Source: Bdellovibrionales bacterium (lineage in GTDB: Bacteria; Bdellovibrionota; Bdellovibrionia; Bdellovibrionales; Bdellovibrionaceae). From it: 64,000 nt of DNA. The position numbers were made by a program, and so were the translations under genes. The DNA is taken from NCBI GenBank assembly GCA_031370005.1, contig JANMPT010000003.1, positions 32,987 to 96,986 on the forward strand, given 5' to 3'. The notes under the pieces were generated by a model. That model worked only from the letters and a program-made list of their open reading frames with translations, was not told the DNA's origin and ran no database searches. Of this stretch, positions 7,685 through 17,828 are shown in pieces; positions within the stretch are counted from its first letter, which is position 1; every line of letters starts with the position of its first letter.

Positions 7685-7795
7685 TTAGCTATTCTGCCCT
7701 ACAAAGGCCTGACTAGCGCCGACCGTGTCAGCCAATACGGCGAATGGCTTTTTCAATTCAAATTCAATACTTAAGCCATTTAATATTGGGTTAGG
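7685..7795 (-). pseudogene. Second recombinase C-terminal remnant fused by deletion to the HTH tail
   Basis: NPILNGLSIEFELKKPFAVL|ADTVGASQAFVGQNS*. The segment between KKPFAVL and GASxAFV seen at 5930-6135 is missing here. Confidence 0.6.
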
Positions 7796-8145
7796 AGAGT
7801 ACATTATCACCCTCGACAATTTCTCGGAGCACATTTTGGGCAGCAATGACGTCGGACTCTGGGGTCCAATAGTCTTCGTAGCAGAGACAGTTCGCGCAGT
7901 GCGAATTTGCAAAACAGCTGCTGATACAATCAAGGCATTTTAAGTGGCTATTTTGCTATGAATAGTTGTGAATTTGTATAGACAATAAATATCAAGTAAA
8001 ATCATATGGTTATATTATAACTGTATAATATAACATTCAAAATATCGTTAATTGGCCATTATATTAGTCATTATTTAGTTAGCTTATTTTGATGTGAATA
8101 ATATAGTTGCCAAAACGCCAGTAATTGGATACTATATTATCCATT

Positions 8146-8484
8146 ATGGGAAAGAAGACAGCTACACAGACACCAAAGCTAATAGCCCTTCTTAAAGCAC
8201 TGGGTGAAAACATCCACCTAGCACGTCGTCGTCGTCGCCTCTCGTCCACAATGCTTGCTGAAAGGGCCGGAATGACTCGAATGACCTTGCGGGCAGTTGA
8301 AAGAGGCGAGCCAACAGCAAGCCTTGGTGCGTATGCAAATGTACTTTTTAGCCTCGGACTTGAAAAAGATCTGTCGACTGTTGCGAAAGACGATGAGCTG
8401 GGTCGAAGACTTCAGGATGCAAGCTTAGTCAGAAGCAAAAAAACTAAGTCAAAAAAAGATCCCTCAAAAACAGAGCTAGAGTAA
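8146..8484 (+). CDS. HipB-like XRE antitoxin
   Basis: LGENIHLARRRRRLS...LAERAGMTRMTLRAVERGEP...LGRRLQDA; directly upstream of a hipA fragment. Confidence 0.88.
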   Translation: MGKKTATQTPKLIALLKALGENIHLARRRRRLSSTMLAERAGMTRMTLRAVERGEPTASLGAYANVLFSLGLEKDLSTVAKDDELGRRLQDASLVRSKKTKSKKDPSKTELE

Positions 8485-8488
8485 AATT

Positions 8489-8755
8489 ATGGGAAAGAGC
8501 AAGACTGGGCAAAAAATAGTTTATATTTATGCCAATTGGGAGACGCTAGAAACTCCTCAGCTTACGGGATCTCTATTTGTAACCCTCTCACGCGGTAAAG
8601 AAATTTTTTCATTTGAGTATGATCCAAAATGGCTGAAGTCAAATTACGCCCACGATCTTGATCCAAATTTAAAATTTTTTGGCGGTCCTCAGTATCCTAA
8701 ATCCGATCACGCAAACTTTGGTCTTTTTCTTGATTCGTCTCCAGATCGTTGGGGG
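8489..8755 (+). pseudogene. hipA: Truncated HipA toxin (N-terminal coupling domain only)
   Basis: GKEIFSFEYDPKWL...LDPNL...FGLFLDSSPDRWG. Homology ends here and the frame then reads through the tRNA. The kinase domain is missing. Confidence 0.85.
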
Positions 8756-8763
8756 TTGATAAA

Positions 8764-8838
8764 TGGTGGACCCAACCAGAGTCGAACTGGTGACTTATCC
8801 ATGCCATGGACATATAATCCCAACTTCACCATGGGCCC
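8764..8838 (-). tRNA. tRNA-Ala(GGC)
   Basis: GGGCCCA TG GTGA AGTTGGGA TTAT A TGTCC ATGGCAT GGATA AGTC ACCAG TTCGACT CTGGT TGGGTCC A CCA. Full 75-nt cloverleaf with G3:U70 and encoded CCA. Confidence 0.93.
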
Positions 8839-9102
8839 GTTTTTCATTCTACCTATAGTCACTCCGCAGACGACTAACAATGGTTTTAATATAGACTCTT
8901 GCAGCGGCAACATACGTTATAACTATCGCCCCTAGCGCTCCGAAAAAAGTCAAAACTACCTGCACCAAAAATGTACTCAATATTCAGCAAAACCTTGGCG
9001 TAGATGTCGCGCGCGCGAGTAAATAGGACTTCCCTTTCAAAAAAATGAGTCAACTGTCTGGCTTAGCTTGCTCCTTCAGAGGTGAAGAGGTAGATTTACC
9101 TG

Positions 9103-10350
9103 ATGAGTACGAAATTCCAAAGAGTCCGTGGGACTCGTGATTTGCTGCCAGAGGATAATATTAAATTCCGATTCGTGGAGGCTACAGCCCACGCGCTTTC
9201 ACTCTTATATGGCTATGGCGAAATTGAAACCCCTATCTTTGAGTTTTCAGAGATCTTTCATCGCACACTTGGCGAGACTTCAGATGTCGTCAGTAAAGAA
9301 AGCTACACCTTCCAAGATCGTGGCGGCGATAGTATTACCTTGCGCCCTGAGGGCACCGCCGGAGTCGCCCGTGCTTTTGTCTCTGAGGGCATGGCTCAGA
9401 GCTTGCCATTAAAATTTTATTACTATGGGCCCATGTTTCGCTATGAGCGACCTCAAAAAGGCCGCTATCGTCAGTTCAAACAATTAGGCGTTGAATATTT
9501 GGGCGTCGAATCGCCACTGGCCGATGTCGAGTGTATCACTATGGCTTGGGATCTACTTAATAAAATTGGTATTGCTGGAAAATGCCACCTTGAGATTAAT
9601 ACTTTGGGTGATGCTGAAAGCCGTGCTAATTACCGAAAAGCTCTTGTGACTTACTTCACTCAACACCAGGAGAAACTTTCTGCCGATAGTAAAATTCGGT
9701 TAAATAAGAATCCCCTTCGCATTCTTGACTCTAAGGACGATGGCGATCGCGCTCTGATTGCCAATGCTCCAGCATTGCATGAGCATCTAAATGAGGCCTC
9801 GAAAAAATTCTTTGATGACCTTTTAAAGGGAATCAAAATTTTGGGGATTCCTTACGAGATCAATCAAAAGCTTGTGCGCGGCTTGGATTACTATTGCCAC
9901 ACTGTTTTTGAATTCGTGACCACCGAGCTAGGCGCGCAAGGCTCAGTGCTTGGTGGTGGGCGCTACGATGGGCTTATTGAAATAATGGGGGGACCAAAAA
10001 CTCCAGGCATCGGCTGGGCCGCCGGCGTTGATCGTCTATCTGATTTAGTTCCCTTAGAAAAATATCAAAAACACGAAGTTTTTCTCGCCATTATTCCCGC
10101 TGATGATATTGGAGAAACAGAGGCCCTCAAGATCGCTCACAAATTGCGTCTTAATGGCTTCAAATCAGAGATTTTAATTTCAGGAAAAATGAGTAAACGC
10201 TTTCAAAGAGCTGATAAAATCGGAGCCACTCATGCTCTGATTCTTGGTGAAAACGAAGTCAGCGCCCATTCCATCGCAGTAAAGAATTTAAAATCTGGCC
10301 TGCAAGAGAATTTGTCCTTGGATGAGCTCATGAAAAAAATTAAAATCTAA
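9103..10350 (+). CDS. hisS: Histidine--tRNA ligase
   Basis: [38 protein letters not shown]. Confidence 0.98.
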   Translation: MSTKFQRVRGTRDLLPEDNIKFRFVEATAHALSLLYGYGEIETPIFEFSEIFHRTLGETSDVVSKESYTFQDRGGDSITLRPEGTAGVARAFVSEGMAQSLPLKFYYYGPMFRYERPQKGRYRQFKQLGVEYLGVESPLADVECITMAWDLLNKIGIAGKCHLEINTLGDAESRANYRKALVTYFTQHQEKLSADSKIRLNKNPLRILDSKDDGDRALIANAPALHEHLNEASKKFFDDLLKGIKILGIPYEINQKLVRGLDYYCHTVFEFVTTELGAQGSVLGGGRYDGLIEIMGGPKTPGIGWAAGVDRLSDLVPLEKYQKHEVFLAIIPADDIGETEALKIAHKLRLNGFKSEILISGKMSKRFQRADKIGATHALILGENEVSAHSIAVKNLKSGLQENLSLDELMKKIKI

Positions 10351-10351
10351 G

Positions 10352-11413
10352 CTATTTCCTGCCCAACTTAATACTATGCCCACGACTCCAGCCTGGAATA
10401 TTGAGTGAGTTGGATCTCATCCACAGGAACATCATCGAAATGCCAATCATAAGCATCCCCCCACTCAACCACTGGCCACGTGTCAAACCCAGCCATTGGT
10501 AACCAATCTGCACATCGGGCATGCGGAAGTACTCATCACTAATGCGAACAATGGCATATAGAATAATAAACGATGCAGCAATAAATCCTGGCTTACGGCC
10601 CTTTCTCCATAAAAAAAATAGAAACAAGAAAAGAAAAAGGCCCTCCCCTACGGCACCAAAAAGCTGTGACGGATAGCGAGCGGTCAGAAGGGGAGCTAAA
10701 GCATCTCTGACCCCATGATTTCCAGATTGAATTTCAGTAATTATTTTTTGAAGTGCTTCATAAACCTGAACACGAGACAAGGTATCAACTTGGTATTTTT
10801 CAAGCATGCTATGCCATTGCCCCTGATTGATGCTGATCTTATCCACCACATCAGCTAACCCATTGAGCTTTGAGAAATCCATAGTCGGCCAATTCAAAAT
10901 ATCTTGAGGAAATTTCACAGAATAGGGAAAGTCAGCCGGAGCTGGGCGCCCAACAAGTTCCCCATTAATGAAATTCGCAATACGCCCAAAAAACACCCCG
11001 ATGGGTCCAGACACGGAAACTAAATCCAGTAAATACAAAAAATTCACACCATATCGACGAGCAAATATCAGGCAGGCAATAACTATCCCGATCATACCAC
11101 CATGACTAGCCATGCCTCCCTCATTCACTGCAAAGACCCCCCAAAAAGGAAAGTCTGCTTTGAATTTTAAAAGCAAATCGGGAGCATAAAAAAACACGTA
11201 ACCAAGACGGCCACCAACTAAGGTGCCAATAGCAACATAGGTAACAAAATCCCCCACTAAGTTCGGAGTGAGCCCTACCCGCTGGCGTTGGATCAGCCAA
11301 CGAATAAGCAAATAGGCACAAATAAAGCCCACCATGTACGACAAGCCATACCAGCGAATACCAAAATTCTCAGAAAACTGTATAGCAAATGGATTTAAAT
11401 CATGAACATACAT
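10352..11413 (-). CDS. lgt: Prolipoprotein diacylglyceryl transferase with a periplasmic insertion
   Basis: IRWYG, GGRLGY, GGMASHGG, GRIANFINGEL, YPSQL. Confidence 0.96.
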   Translation of the reverse strand: MYVHDLNPFAIQFSENFGIRWYGLSYMVGFICAYLLIRWLIQRQRVGLTPNLVGDFVTYVAIGTLVGGRLGYVFFYAPDLLLKFKADFPFWGVFAVNEGGMASHGGMIGIVIACLIFARRYGVNFLYLLDLVSVSGPIGVFFGRIANFINGELVGRPAPADFPYSVKFPQDILNWPTMDFSKLNGLADVVDKISINQGQWHSMLEKYQVDTLSRVQVYEALQKIITEIQSGNHGVRDALAPLLTARYPSQLFGAVGEGLFLFLFLFFLWRKGRKPGFIAASFIILYAIVRISDEYFRMPDVQIGYQWLGLTRGQWLSGGMLMIGISMMFLWMRSNSLNIPGWSRGHSIKLGRK

Positions 11414-11499
11414 AAAACCTCAGTCTCAATCTTGGACGAATAGATAAAATCTTAGACCCAAGTGACCCTAAAGTGCAAAATTAAAAATGGAGGACTCTA

Positions 11500-12267
11500 A
11501 TGATTCACTTCAGATCACTTCTGACACTCAGTGTGGTATTCCTTTCACTTAACAGCCATGCACAGTCCTCCTCCCAAGGAGGTGGAAATAGCAACTTTTT
11601 CCAAAGAGCTGAGCGCCGCGAAAGCAAGCGCTGGACCCTACAGGAATGGATGGCCCAAAAAGATAAAAATCACATGATGGATGTATGGCTCTCTATGAAC
11701 TCACCCTCGCCCTATGAATTGATGCTTGGCATCTCATATAATAGTTACAGCTTAGAAAGCACCGGCAACGCCAGTTCAAACAATCACACCTCCTATCAGG
11801 GAAGCTTTTCTGCCTATGCTCAACTTGTAGGCCTTACTGCAGAATATGAAAACAACAGCCAAGAAAACTTTAATGACCTGAGTGGGCTCTTTAACCTTCG
11901 GCTTTTAGGAAATACAATCCAAGGCTCCTATTTAACTCTGCACTACGGCTTGCGCACGCGAACACAAGAGGCACTCCAAGCAGTTCCTCAGGTGCGCTAT
12001 AGTCAGCAATTTGCGCAAGCGAGTATTCAAATATATGTAATCAAGAACTTTGGTATGGATGGACTCTATCGGCTTTATTCGCCGGTAACCGATAACACTC
12101 TAGGCGAAATTAAGGGCAACCTGGTTGAAATAGGAAGTTTTATTGATTTCAAAAACTTTCGAGTTTTTGGTTCCTGGTACAAAGAATCTCAAAGTAACGA
12201 AATCAATGCACTCATCACCAATAATACCCGAACGGGTATTCGCAGTGGTCTAAAAATCTTCTTCTAA
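11500..12267 (+). CDS. Secreted hypothetical protein, probable outer-membrane beta-barrel
   Basis: Signal peptide, alternating beta pattern, C-terminal Phe, GGAGG RBS. Confidence 0.65.
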   Translation: MIHFRSLLTLSVVFLSLNSHAQSSSQGGGNSNFFQRAERRESKRWTLQEWMAQKDKNHMMDVWLSMNSPSPYELMLGISYNSYSLESTGNASSNNHTSYQGSFSAYAQLVGLTAEYENNSQENFNDLSGLFNLRLLGNTIQGSYLTLHYGLRTRTQEALQAVPQVRYSQQFAQASIQIYVIKNFGMDGLYRLYSPVTDNTLGEIKGNLVEIGSFIDFKNFRVFGSWYKESQSNEINALITNNTRTGIRSGLKIFF

Positions 12268-13616
12268 AATTCTTCCACTCCATAAAGATGATGACTCAAA
12301 ATATACTGAACTACAACGGGGTGCAGGATGCTGGCCTCAGGGCGTTCGCCTTGCTTTAGAGCATTGCGAATACCTGTGGAGCTAACTCCAAAATAAAGAG
12401 CTTTCCCAATCTCAACCTTGTCGCGAATGTCGTCAGGCACAGGAATTACTTCCGAAAGTTCTCGCGGAAATACAATGTACGAACGATTGGAATCCTTGAT
12501 CTTGTTTTCTTTAACCAAGTTCCCGAAGGAGTCTGATCCAATCACTTGATAAATACTTTTCGTTCCATAAATTTGCGAAATACGTTCAAAAATTGGATCT
12601 CGGCCAAACTGATCAACAATTTGCTTCGCATCCCCAACATAAAGATTCACTCCCTCTTCGAGAGCCAATCGTTCCTTCAGCATCGCTGTGCGAGTGTTTT
12701 CACTCGAGGCACTCGGCTTGTGCGGCGTCGAGGGGTTCGCAATGAGGATAACCTCATCGAGACCAAATTGTTGTTTTGCACTTTTCGCCGTGCTGATATG
12801 TCCTTCGTGAACAGGATCGAATGTTCCAAATAGAATACCAATCTTTGGCTGACGTGAACTAAATGTATTCGTAAACAACTGCCCAATGGTATTACGAGAG
12901 CCGAGTTCAAAATTCGTCAGACGGCCATCCACAGAGACCGTCCCCGGCCTGATGTCTCCGCCAACTGGAACTGTCGAATAGTCCTTCATCATCGCAGGGT
13001 CTAAAGCAGCAATTGACAAGAAGTGCCCCCACATCTCACCATTTTCGCTGACACCATTGATCAGAATTTTTAAATTTTCTGCCGGAATCTGGCTAAGGGT
13101 CAGATAGCCCGCCTTCATATAAGCCACCAGCCTGTGGTGAGCATTCCATAGGTCAACAGTACGAATACGACCATCTATACCAGTCACCACATTTAGCAAT
13201 AAGGGATCGTGCTGAAAATTGCCGCCTGCCGAACTAGAAATATATTGAACGAGTCCATCGATTTGCTTCGGATTCCGCAACAAACGGTGCCCAGGGGCGG
13301 CAATAACCGCACCAATTTTGAGCACTCCAAGTGTGCGGCGACGCTCTTGGCTCGAGCTTCCAGATGTCAGTATCACCTTCCGAAAGGCTGTAAATTCTGG
13401 TTGGCTTCCAAGGTTACTCAGGGGGTCCGTGACCCCACGATTTTGCAAAGGTGCTTTCATTAGATCTTGAAAAAGAGGCGAGCTTACCAGCTGCGTACTA
13501 GAAAAAACCTGTGCGCAAGAGAGGACCACCGAGGCCGATGCTCGCTCCGATAATAAAAAAATCGAAGTCGGCAGCAAGATAAGACTCAATAAAATAGATC
13601 GAATAATACTAGACAT
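12264..13616 (-). CDS. Secreted ParB/Srx-like domain fused to a NadD-like nucleotidyltransferase
   Basis: Signal peptide. VDLWNAHHRLVA resembles the DGHHR motif. C-terminal GTFDPVHEGH, PHK, IGSDS, VSSTGIR, YILSHHLY. Confidence 0.75.
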   Translation of the reverse strand: MSSIIRSILLSLILLPTSIFLLSERASASVVLSCAQVFSSTQLVSSPLFQDLMKAPLQNRGVTDPLSNLGSQPEFTAFRKVILTSGSSSQERRRTLGVLKIGAVIAAPGHRLLRNPKQIDGLVQYISSSAGGNFQHDPLLLNVVTGIDGRIRTVDLWNAHHRLVAYMKAGYLTLSQIPAENLKILINGVSENGEMWGHFLSIAALDPAMMKDYSTVPVGGDIRPGTVSVDGRLTNFELGSRNTIGQLFTNTFSSRQPKIGILFGTFDPVHEGHISTAKSAKQQFGLDEVILIANPSTPHKPSASSENTRTAMLKERLALEEGVNLYVGDAKQIVDQFGRDPIFERISQIYGTKSIYQVIGSDSFGNLVKENKIKDSNRSYIVFPRELSEVIPVPDDIRDKVEIGKALYFGVSSTGIRNALKQGERPEASILHPVVVQYILSHHLYGVEEF

Positions 13617-13973
13617 AAAACTCTCCAAGCCTAAGTATTATGCGACAATCATGCCGCCCCAGAGGCGATCAATCCTTAGTTAATAACAAAAGCCTGTCTA
13701 AGTTTTTCACAATATGCCGCAAAATCGGTTTGGCATCTGGGCCTTGCTGTATCCAGGATGCGGAGAATCTATATGGTTTTCCATTGAGTTTTCATCAGCT
13801 CAGAAGAGCCATTAAAAATATTTTTAGCGAAGGACATGACTTTGTCGAGACCAAAGTGAATGCGCGAATCCAAGCCCCTGCCTTTGAAGACAGGGTTCAT
13901 TATGAACTGATTCAAACAAAAAAGATCATGGCTCAGAATCGCTGCGAGATGGTTTTCTAACTTAGCTAGAAAA

Positions 13974-14696
13974 CTATTCTAAGTGTTTCATCGTGTTATC
14001 GCCACCCACGTAGAAGGTCTCTGCCCGCTCAATGTGACTCATGACCGTGTCAACCGACCATTTCATTAACAATTGCATTCCAGCAATTGGCTGCTCTTTT
14101 GTTCCAGTGTTGAATACGCTTGGCACTTCGGCATGGGCGTTGAAGGTAAAGCCCCATGAAACGTTCATGTTTGCTGGCATGATGGTCGCATTCGTTATGT
14201 ATTTCCCTTGGCCATTCACAGAACCACCAGCGGTGAAAACAACGCGGTAAGCGAAATCAACCACATTCATGCCATAGGCATTCTCATATTGTACGCGGTA
14301 AACTCTTGATTGAGGAATTTGCCAGCCAGTAATATCGGACCAACTTCGCAAACCTTGTGGAAGAGCGTTTGCTGTATTTGTTTGAACATTCACAACAGGA
14401 CGTCCCATTTCAATAACAGCCCAAATCTTTTGACCAATATTGATAATCTTATCAAGGCTAATATTTACTTGATCTAAAGGGTCTAAACTCAAGTTCGGAA
14501 CTATTTTATTATCAAGTGAAACCATATTATCCTGAATTTGACTTGAATTATCGGCTTTAATCAGACCAACATATTGTTCAGTCACGTCAGTCATTTTAAC
14601 TTTTGTTAATTCAAAGTATTTCGCATCAACTTTTTCCATGGCTTGAACATTGATTGCCAAGGAAGTTATAAACACTAAAGAAAGAATTTTTATCAT
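13974..14696 (-). CDS. Secreted hypothetical protein
   Basis: Signal peptide, long ORF, RBS. Confidence 0.75.
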   Translation of the reverse strand: MIKILSLVFITSLAINVQAMEKVDAKYFELTKVKMTDVTEQYVGLIKADNSSQIQDNMVSLDNKIVPNLSLDPLDQVNISLDKIINIGQKIWAVIEMGRPVVNVQTNTANALPQGLRSWSDITGWQIPQSRVYRVQYENAYGMNVVDFAYRVVFTAGGSVNGQGKYITNATIMPANMNVSWGFTFNAHAEVPSVFNTGTKEQPIAGMQLLMKWSVDTVMSHIERAETFYVGGDNTMKHLE

Positions 14697-14875
14697 AAGC
14701 GCCCCCTATTTGTTTGATTGGCGCTGTTCTAGCAGGGACCATTGTTTTTTCAATCATTTTTAGTTTTTATATTTTAATGCTTCGTATTAAAATATCTCGA
14801 AAGAAGTCTCCATAGACGCTGTCGTATTTAGGCTACGAACTCTGTAAAATTTATCATCGCAAACCAAACCCAGAG

Positions 14876-16114
14876 TTAGCTCCTGCGAGCCAAAAGTGCT
14901 CCATAAAATCCATCAAAACCTTCGCGATGTGGAAGGACATGCATCTGCTGGACTAAGCTCCAATCTTGACCATTATGAGCGAGAAACCTCTCGATTTGGA
15001 GTTGGTTTTCTCCAGGCAATATACTGCAAGTCGCATAAACCATCATGCCGCCTGGCTTTACCATTTTAGAATAGCTCTCAAGGATCTCAGCCTGGAGTTC
15101 CTGAAGTTTTTTAATTTCATCTAAAGAAATTTTCCACTTAGTATCTGGATTGCGGCGAAGGACTCCTAATCCGGAGCATGGGACGTCCAAAAGCAAACGA
15201 TCCACATCTGATTCCAGTCGCTTGATCGCCTTCGTGGATTCAATCTCTCGAGTTTCAATAATCTCGACGCGATTGCGATTAGCACGCTCTTTCAAATCAT
15301 TGAGCTTCCAGTCATGAATATCCATGCAGATAAGCTTTCCCTTGTTTTCCATAAGAGCTGCCAGATGAAGACTCTTGCCTCCTCCACCTGCACAGGCGTC
15401 GACAACCTTCATTCCTGGTTCTACTCGAAGCATCGGAGCCACAAGTTGCGAAGCTGCGTCTTGAACTTCGAAATATCCCTGTTTGAAGGCTTCCGTAACC
15501 ACAACATTTTTTCTATCTGAAAGCATCACTGCGGACTCGACCCCTGGAACTGCAACAGCATCAACGCCTTCGGCCTGAAGCTTTTTAATCAAGTCGTCAC
15601 GAGTGCCGCGAAGAGTATTTGCACGCAAAAAAACTTCCGCCGGCTTATTAAGAGATTTAATAATTTCATCCCACTCGGGACCTAACTCCTGAAGGCCATA
15701 ATCATATAGCCACTGGGGAACCGACTCTAAGAGTGCGACGGATGTAATGCTCTTTTTTCGTTGCTCAAAGACAGTCTTGTCGAAGGATTTGAATTCATCC
15801 CAGTCGGGCAGAGTGTGGTAATTATCAAAGCACCAGACGGCCCATAGTTGCCAAACATCGGCTCTGGTCACAGCTCTTTCTGTGGGATCAAAACCAGCAA
15901 GCGCACCAAGGTATCTCCACCAGCGAACCATCTCGTAAACACTTTCAGCGACGAAACGACGATCACGAGCACCCCATTTTTTTTGAGATTTCAAAACACG
16001 CTCAATGACCTTATCTGCATAACGGGATTGATTGAAAATTTCATCTACGGCACCGACCACATTTTCGACTAAGTGACGGTGAAACTTTAATTGTGAATCT
16101 GTTTTATCTATCAA
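14876..16114 (-). CDS. RsmB/NOP-family RNA m5C methyltransferase
   Basis: FEVQDAASQ, DACAGGGGKS, DVPCSG, YATCS, DGFY. Confidence 0.94.
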   Translation of the reverse strand: MIDKTDSQLKFHRHLVENVVGAVDEIFNQSRYADKVIERVLKSQKKWGARDRRFVAESVYEMVRWWRYLGALAGFDPTERAVTRADVWQLWAVWCFDNYHTLPDWDEFKSFDKTVFEQRKKSITSVALLESVPQWLYDYGLQELGPEWDEIIKSLNKPAEVFLRANTLRGTRDDLIKKLQAEGVDAVAVPGVESAVMLSDRKNVVVTEAFKQGYFEVQDAASQLVAPMLRVEPGMKVVDACAGGGGKSLHLAALMENKGKLICMDIHDWKLNDLKERANRNRVEIIETREIESTKAIKRLESDVDRLLLDVPCSGLGVLRRNPDTKWKISLDEIKKLQELQAEILESYSKMVKPGGMMVYATCSILPGENQLQIERFLAHNGQDWSLVQQMHVLPHREGFDGFYGALLARRS

Positions 16115-16770
16115 AACGTGAACACCACTCCTGCGGAAAGGAAGGTGCCATTAAATTGACCCGAATTCCACAACTGCAAATGATTTTTTAAACCAGTCTC
16201 GATGAAAAAGCCAGCATTCTCAAAAACATCGAAAAAACGAGCACCTGCAATTAACTGATAATCCAAAGACAAAGAGGCCTCTCCGTCTGTTTGGCGAAAA
16301 AAAACTCCAGGGCCAGCGCCAAAACCAAAGTACAAAGGAAACTTAGAGGCCGCATCGGGAAAAGTGATGAGCGGCACAATAGACATTTTTAGAGGCTTAG
16401 GCTCTCCATCGCCAACAATATTGAATTGAATAAAATCAATACGGACGTTTAGGTCCATTGAATTTCGCCACTCACCCACTCGGTAGGTCAGACCCGCAGT
16501 AAAGTCGCCAACATTAGTTTGTTTGCTTTGTGTGCCCCACTCATAAGCCGTAGAGTTCATCATTTTACCAAAATGCAAGGCGAGGTAGTGATCACTAGTT
16601 CCTGAGTTAACATGTGAGCTGGCATTGCTTAGATCTTCTTCGCTGGAATCTTGATTGTGTTTTTCAAAATACTTCGACGCGGCCCCTCGGCCCACGCGCG
16701 GGGCCTCGTCCGCCAGTGCAATATCCAGGAGGCCTAATGTAAAAAGCAAAAGTGGCAGAAATAATCTCAT
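16111..16770 (-). CDS. Secreted hypothetical protein, probable outer-membrane beta-barrel
   Basis: Signal peptide, LYFGFGAGPG, C-terminal VVFTF. Confidence 0.7.
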   Translation of the reverse strand: MRLFLPLLLFTLGLLDIALADEAPRVGRGAASKYFEKHNQDSSEEDLSNASSHVNSGTSDHYLALHFGKMMNSTAYEWGTQSKQTNVGDFTAGLTYRVGEWRNSMDLNVRIDFIQFNIVGDGEPKPLKMSIVPLITFPDAASKFPLYFGFGAGPGVFFRQTDGEASLSLDYQLIAGARFFDVFENAGFFIETGLKNHLQLWNSGQFNGTFLSAGVVFTF

Positions 16771-16912
16771 GGATCCATAGTAATCAAAAAGATGCTGCAA
16801 TGTAAGCAAATGACCCGATCCGTCATAGCTTAGCTTTTATTAGGGTCTGATTGACGCCCGTATCGAGGCCTTTGTACTCTATAAACTAGCCCAAGGAACG
16901 AGACTTTAGACT

Positions 16913-17479
16913 ATGAAATGTCCTTATTGCAGTCACAGTGAAGATAGAGTTTTAGATACTCGAGTCCAAAAAGACGGTTCTACCCGCCGCCGCCGCGAGT
17001 GCCTTGAGTGCAAAGCTCGTTTCTCAACATTGGAAACCCTGATGTTGAGCTTCCCCTTTATTATCAAAAAAGATGGACGCCGCGAGCCCTTCAGTAAAGA
17101 AAAAATTCTCAAAGGACTTCAAGCCTCTTGTCAAAAGCGACCTGTCAGCCTTGCTCAACTTGAAACCGTTGTTGAGCGCATCGCCTCTTGGATCATTAGC
17201 TGTGGTGAAAATGAAATCCCAGCACGCCTATTGGGGCTTCGGGTTATGGCAGAGCTCAAACAACTCGATGATGTGGCCTACATTCGTTTTGCAAGTGTCT
17301 ATCGCGCCTTCAAAGACGTTCAAGAATTCGTTGAGACTCTGGAGGACATGGAGCTGGTCGAGCTCACGGATCCAAATAGCCCACAATTAACATTAACCTC
17401 TGTTAACCATTCTGGAAAGCCTGAAGACAATGCGAAGACAATCCCGGGAACTAGCGCTCCAAGTCCTCTTTCAAATTGA
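16913..17479 (+). CDS. nrdR: Transcriptional repressor NrdR
   Basis: MKCPYC...RRRRECLEC zinc ribbon, ATP cone, DDVAYIRFASVY. Confidence 0.97.
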   Translation: MKCPYCSHSEDRVLDTRVQKDGSTRRRRECLECKARFSTLETLMLSFPFIIKKDGRREPFSKEKILKGLQASCQKRPVSLAQLETVVERIASWIISCGENEIPARLLGLRVMAELKQLDDVAYIRFASVYRAFKDVQEFVETLEDMELVELTDPNSPQLTLTSVNHSGKPEDNAKTIPGTSAPSPLSN

Positions 17480-17828
17480 ATTTGCTCCACAGATTTCCAA
17501 TGTTGATCTTATGGATGTACTCGGTGCATCTATGGAGCCAGAAATCACAAAATTCGCTGAAGACCTAATTCGCGGAGTGCAATCCCAAAAGAATGCTATC
17601 GATGCTAAAATTCAATCTGCCAGCTCTCATTGGAAGCTTGAGCGCATGGCCACCATTGATCGCAATATCCTTCGAGTGGCGGTTTATGAAATGCACTTTG
17701 GCCCAAATCCCTTAAAAGAAAACATCGTTATTAATGAAGCTGTTGAAATCGCAAAAAAATTTGGGACCACTGAGTCTGCAAGCTTTGTAAATGGGCTTCT
17801 TGATCAGATTGCAAAGGCGCATGGATGA
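17430..17828 (+). CDS. nusB: Transcription antitermination factor NusB
   Basis: RRQSRELALQVLFQ, DRNILR, INEAVEIAKKFG, FVNGLLD. Confidence 0.96.
   Translation: MRRQSRELALQVLFQIEFAPQISNVDLMDVLGASMEPEITKFAEDLIRGVQSQKNAIDAKIQSASSHWKLERMATIDRNILRVAVYEMHFGPNPLKENIVINEAVEIAKKFGTTESASFVNGLLDQIAKAHG

Noticed and set aside
5306..7800. Classical integron cassette array or CRISPR
   Set aside because: No attC-type RYYYAAC...GTTRRRY hairpins were recognised, there is no IntI, and there are no regularly spaced repeats or cas genes.
8489..8935. 148-aa ORF as an intact gene
   Set aside because: Its last ~60 codons are read-through across the antisense of tRNA-Ala and its upstream region.
13640..13960. 106-aa ORF and a nearby TGGCA...TTGC motif
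   Set aside because: No recognisable motif or clear RBS, and GG-GC spacing is 12. A shorter real gene at its 3' end cannot be excluded.
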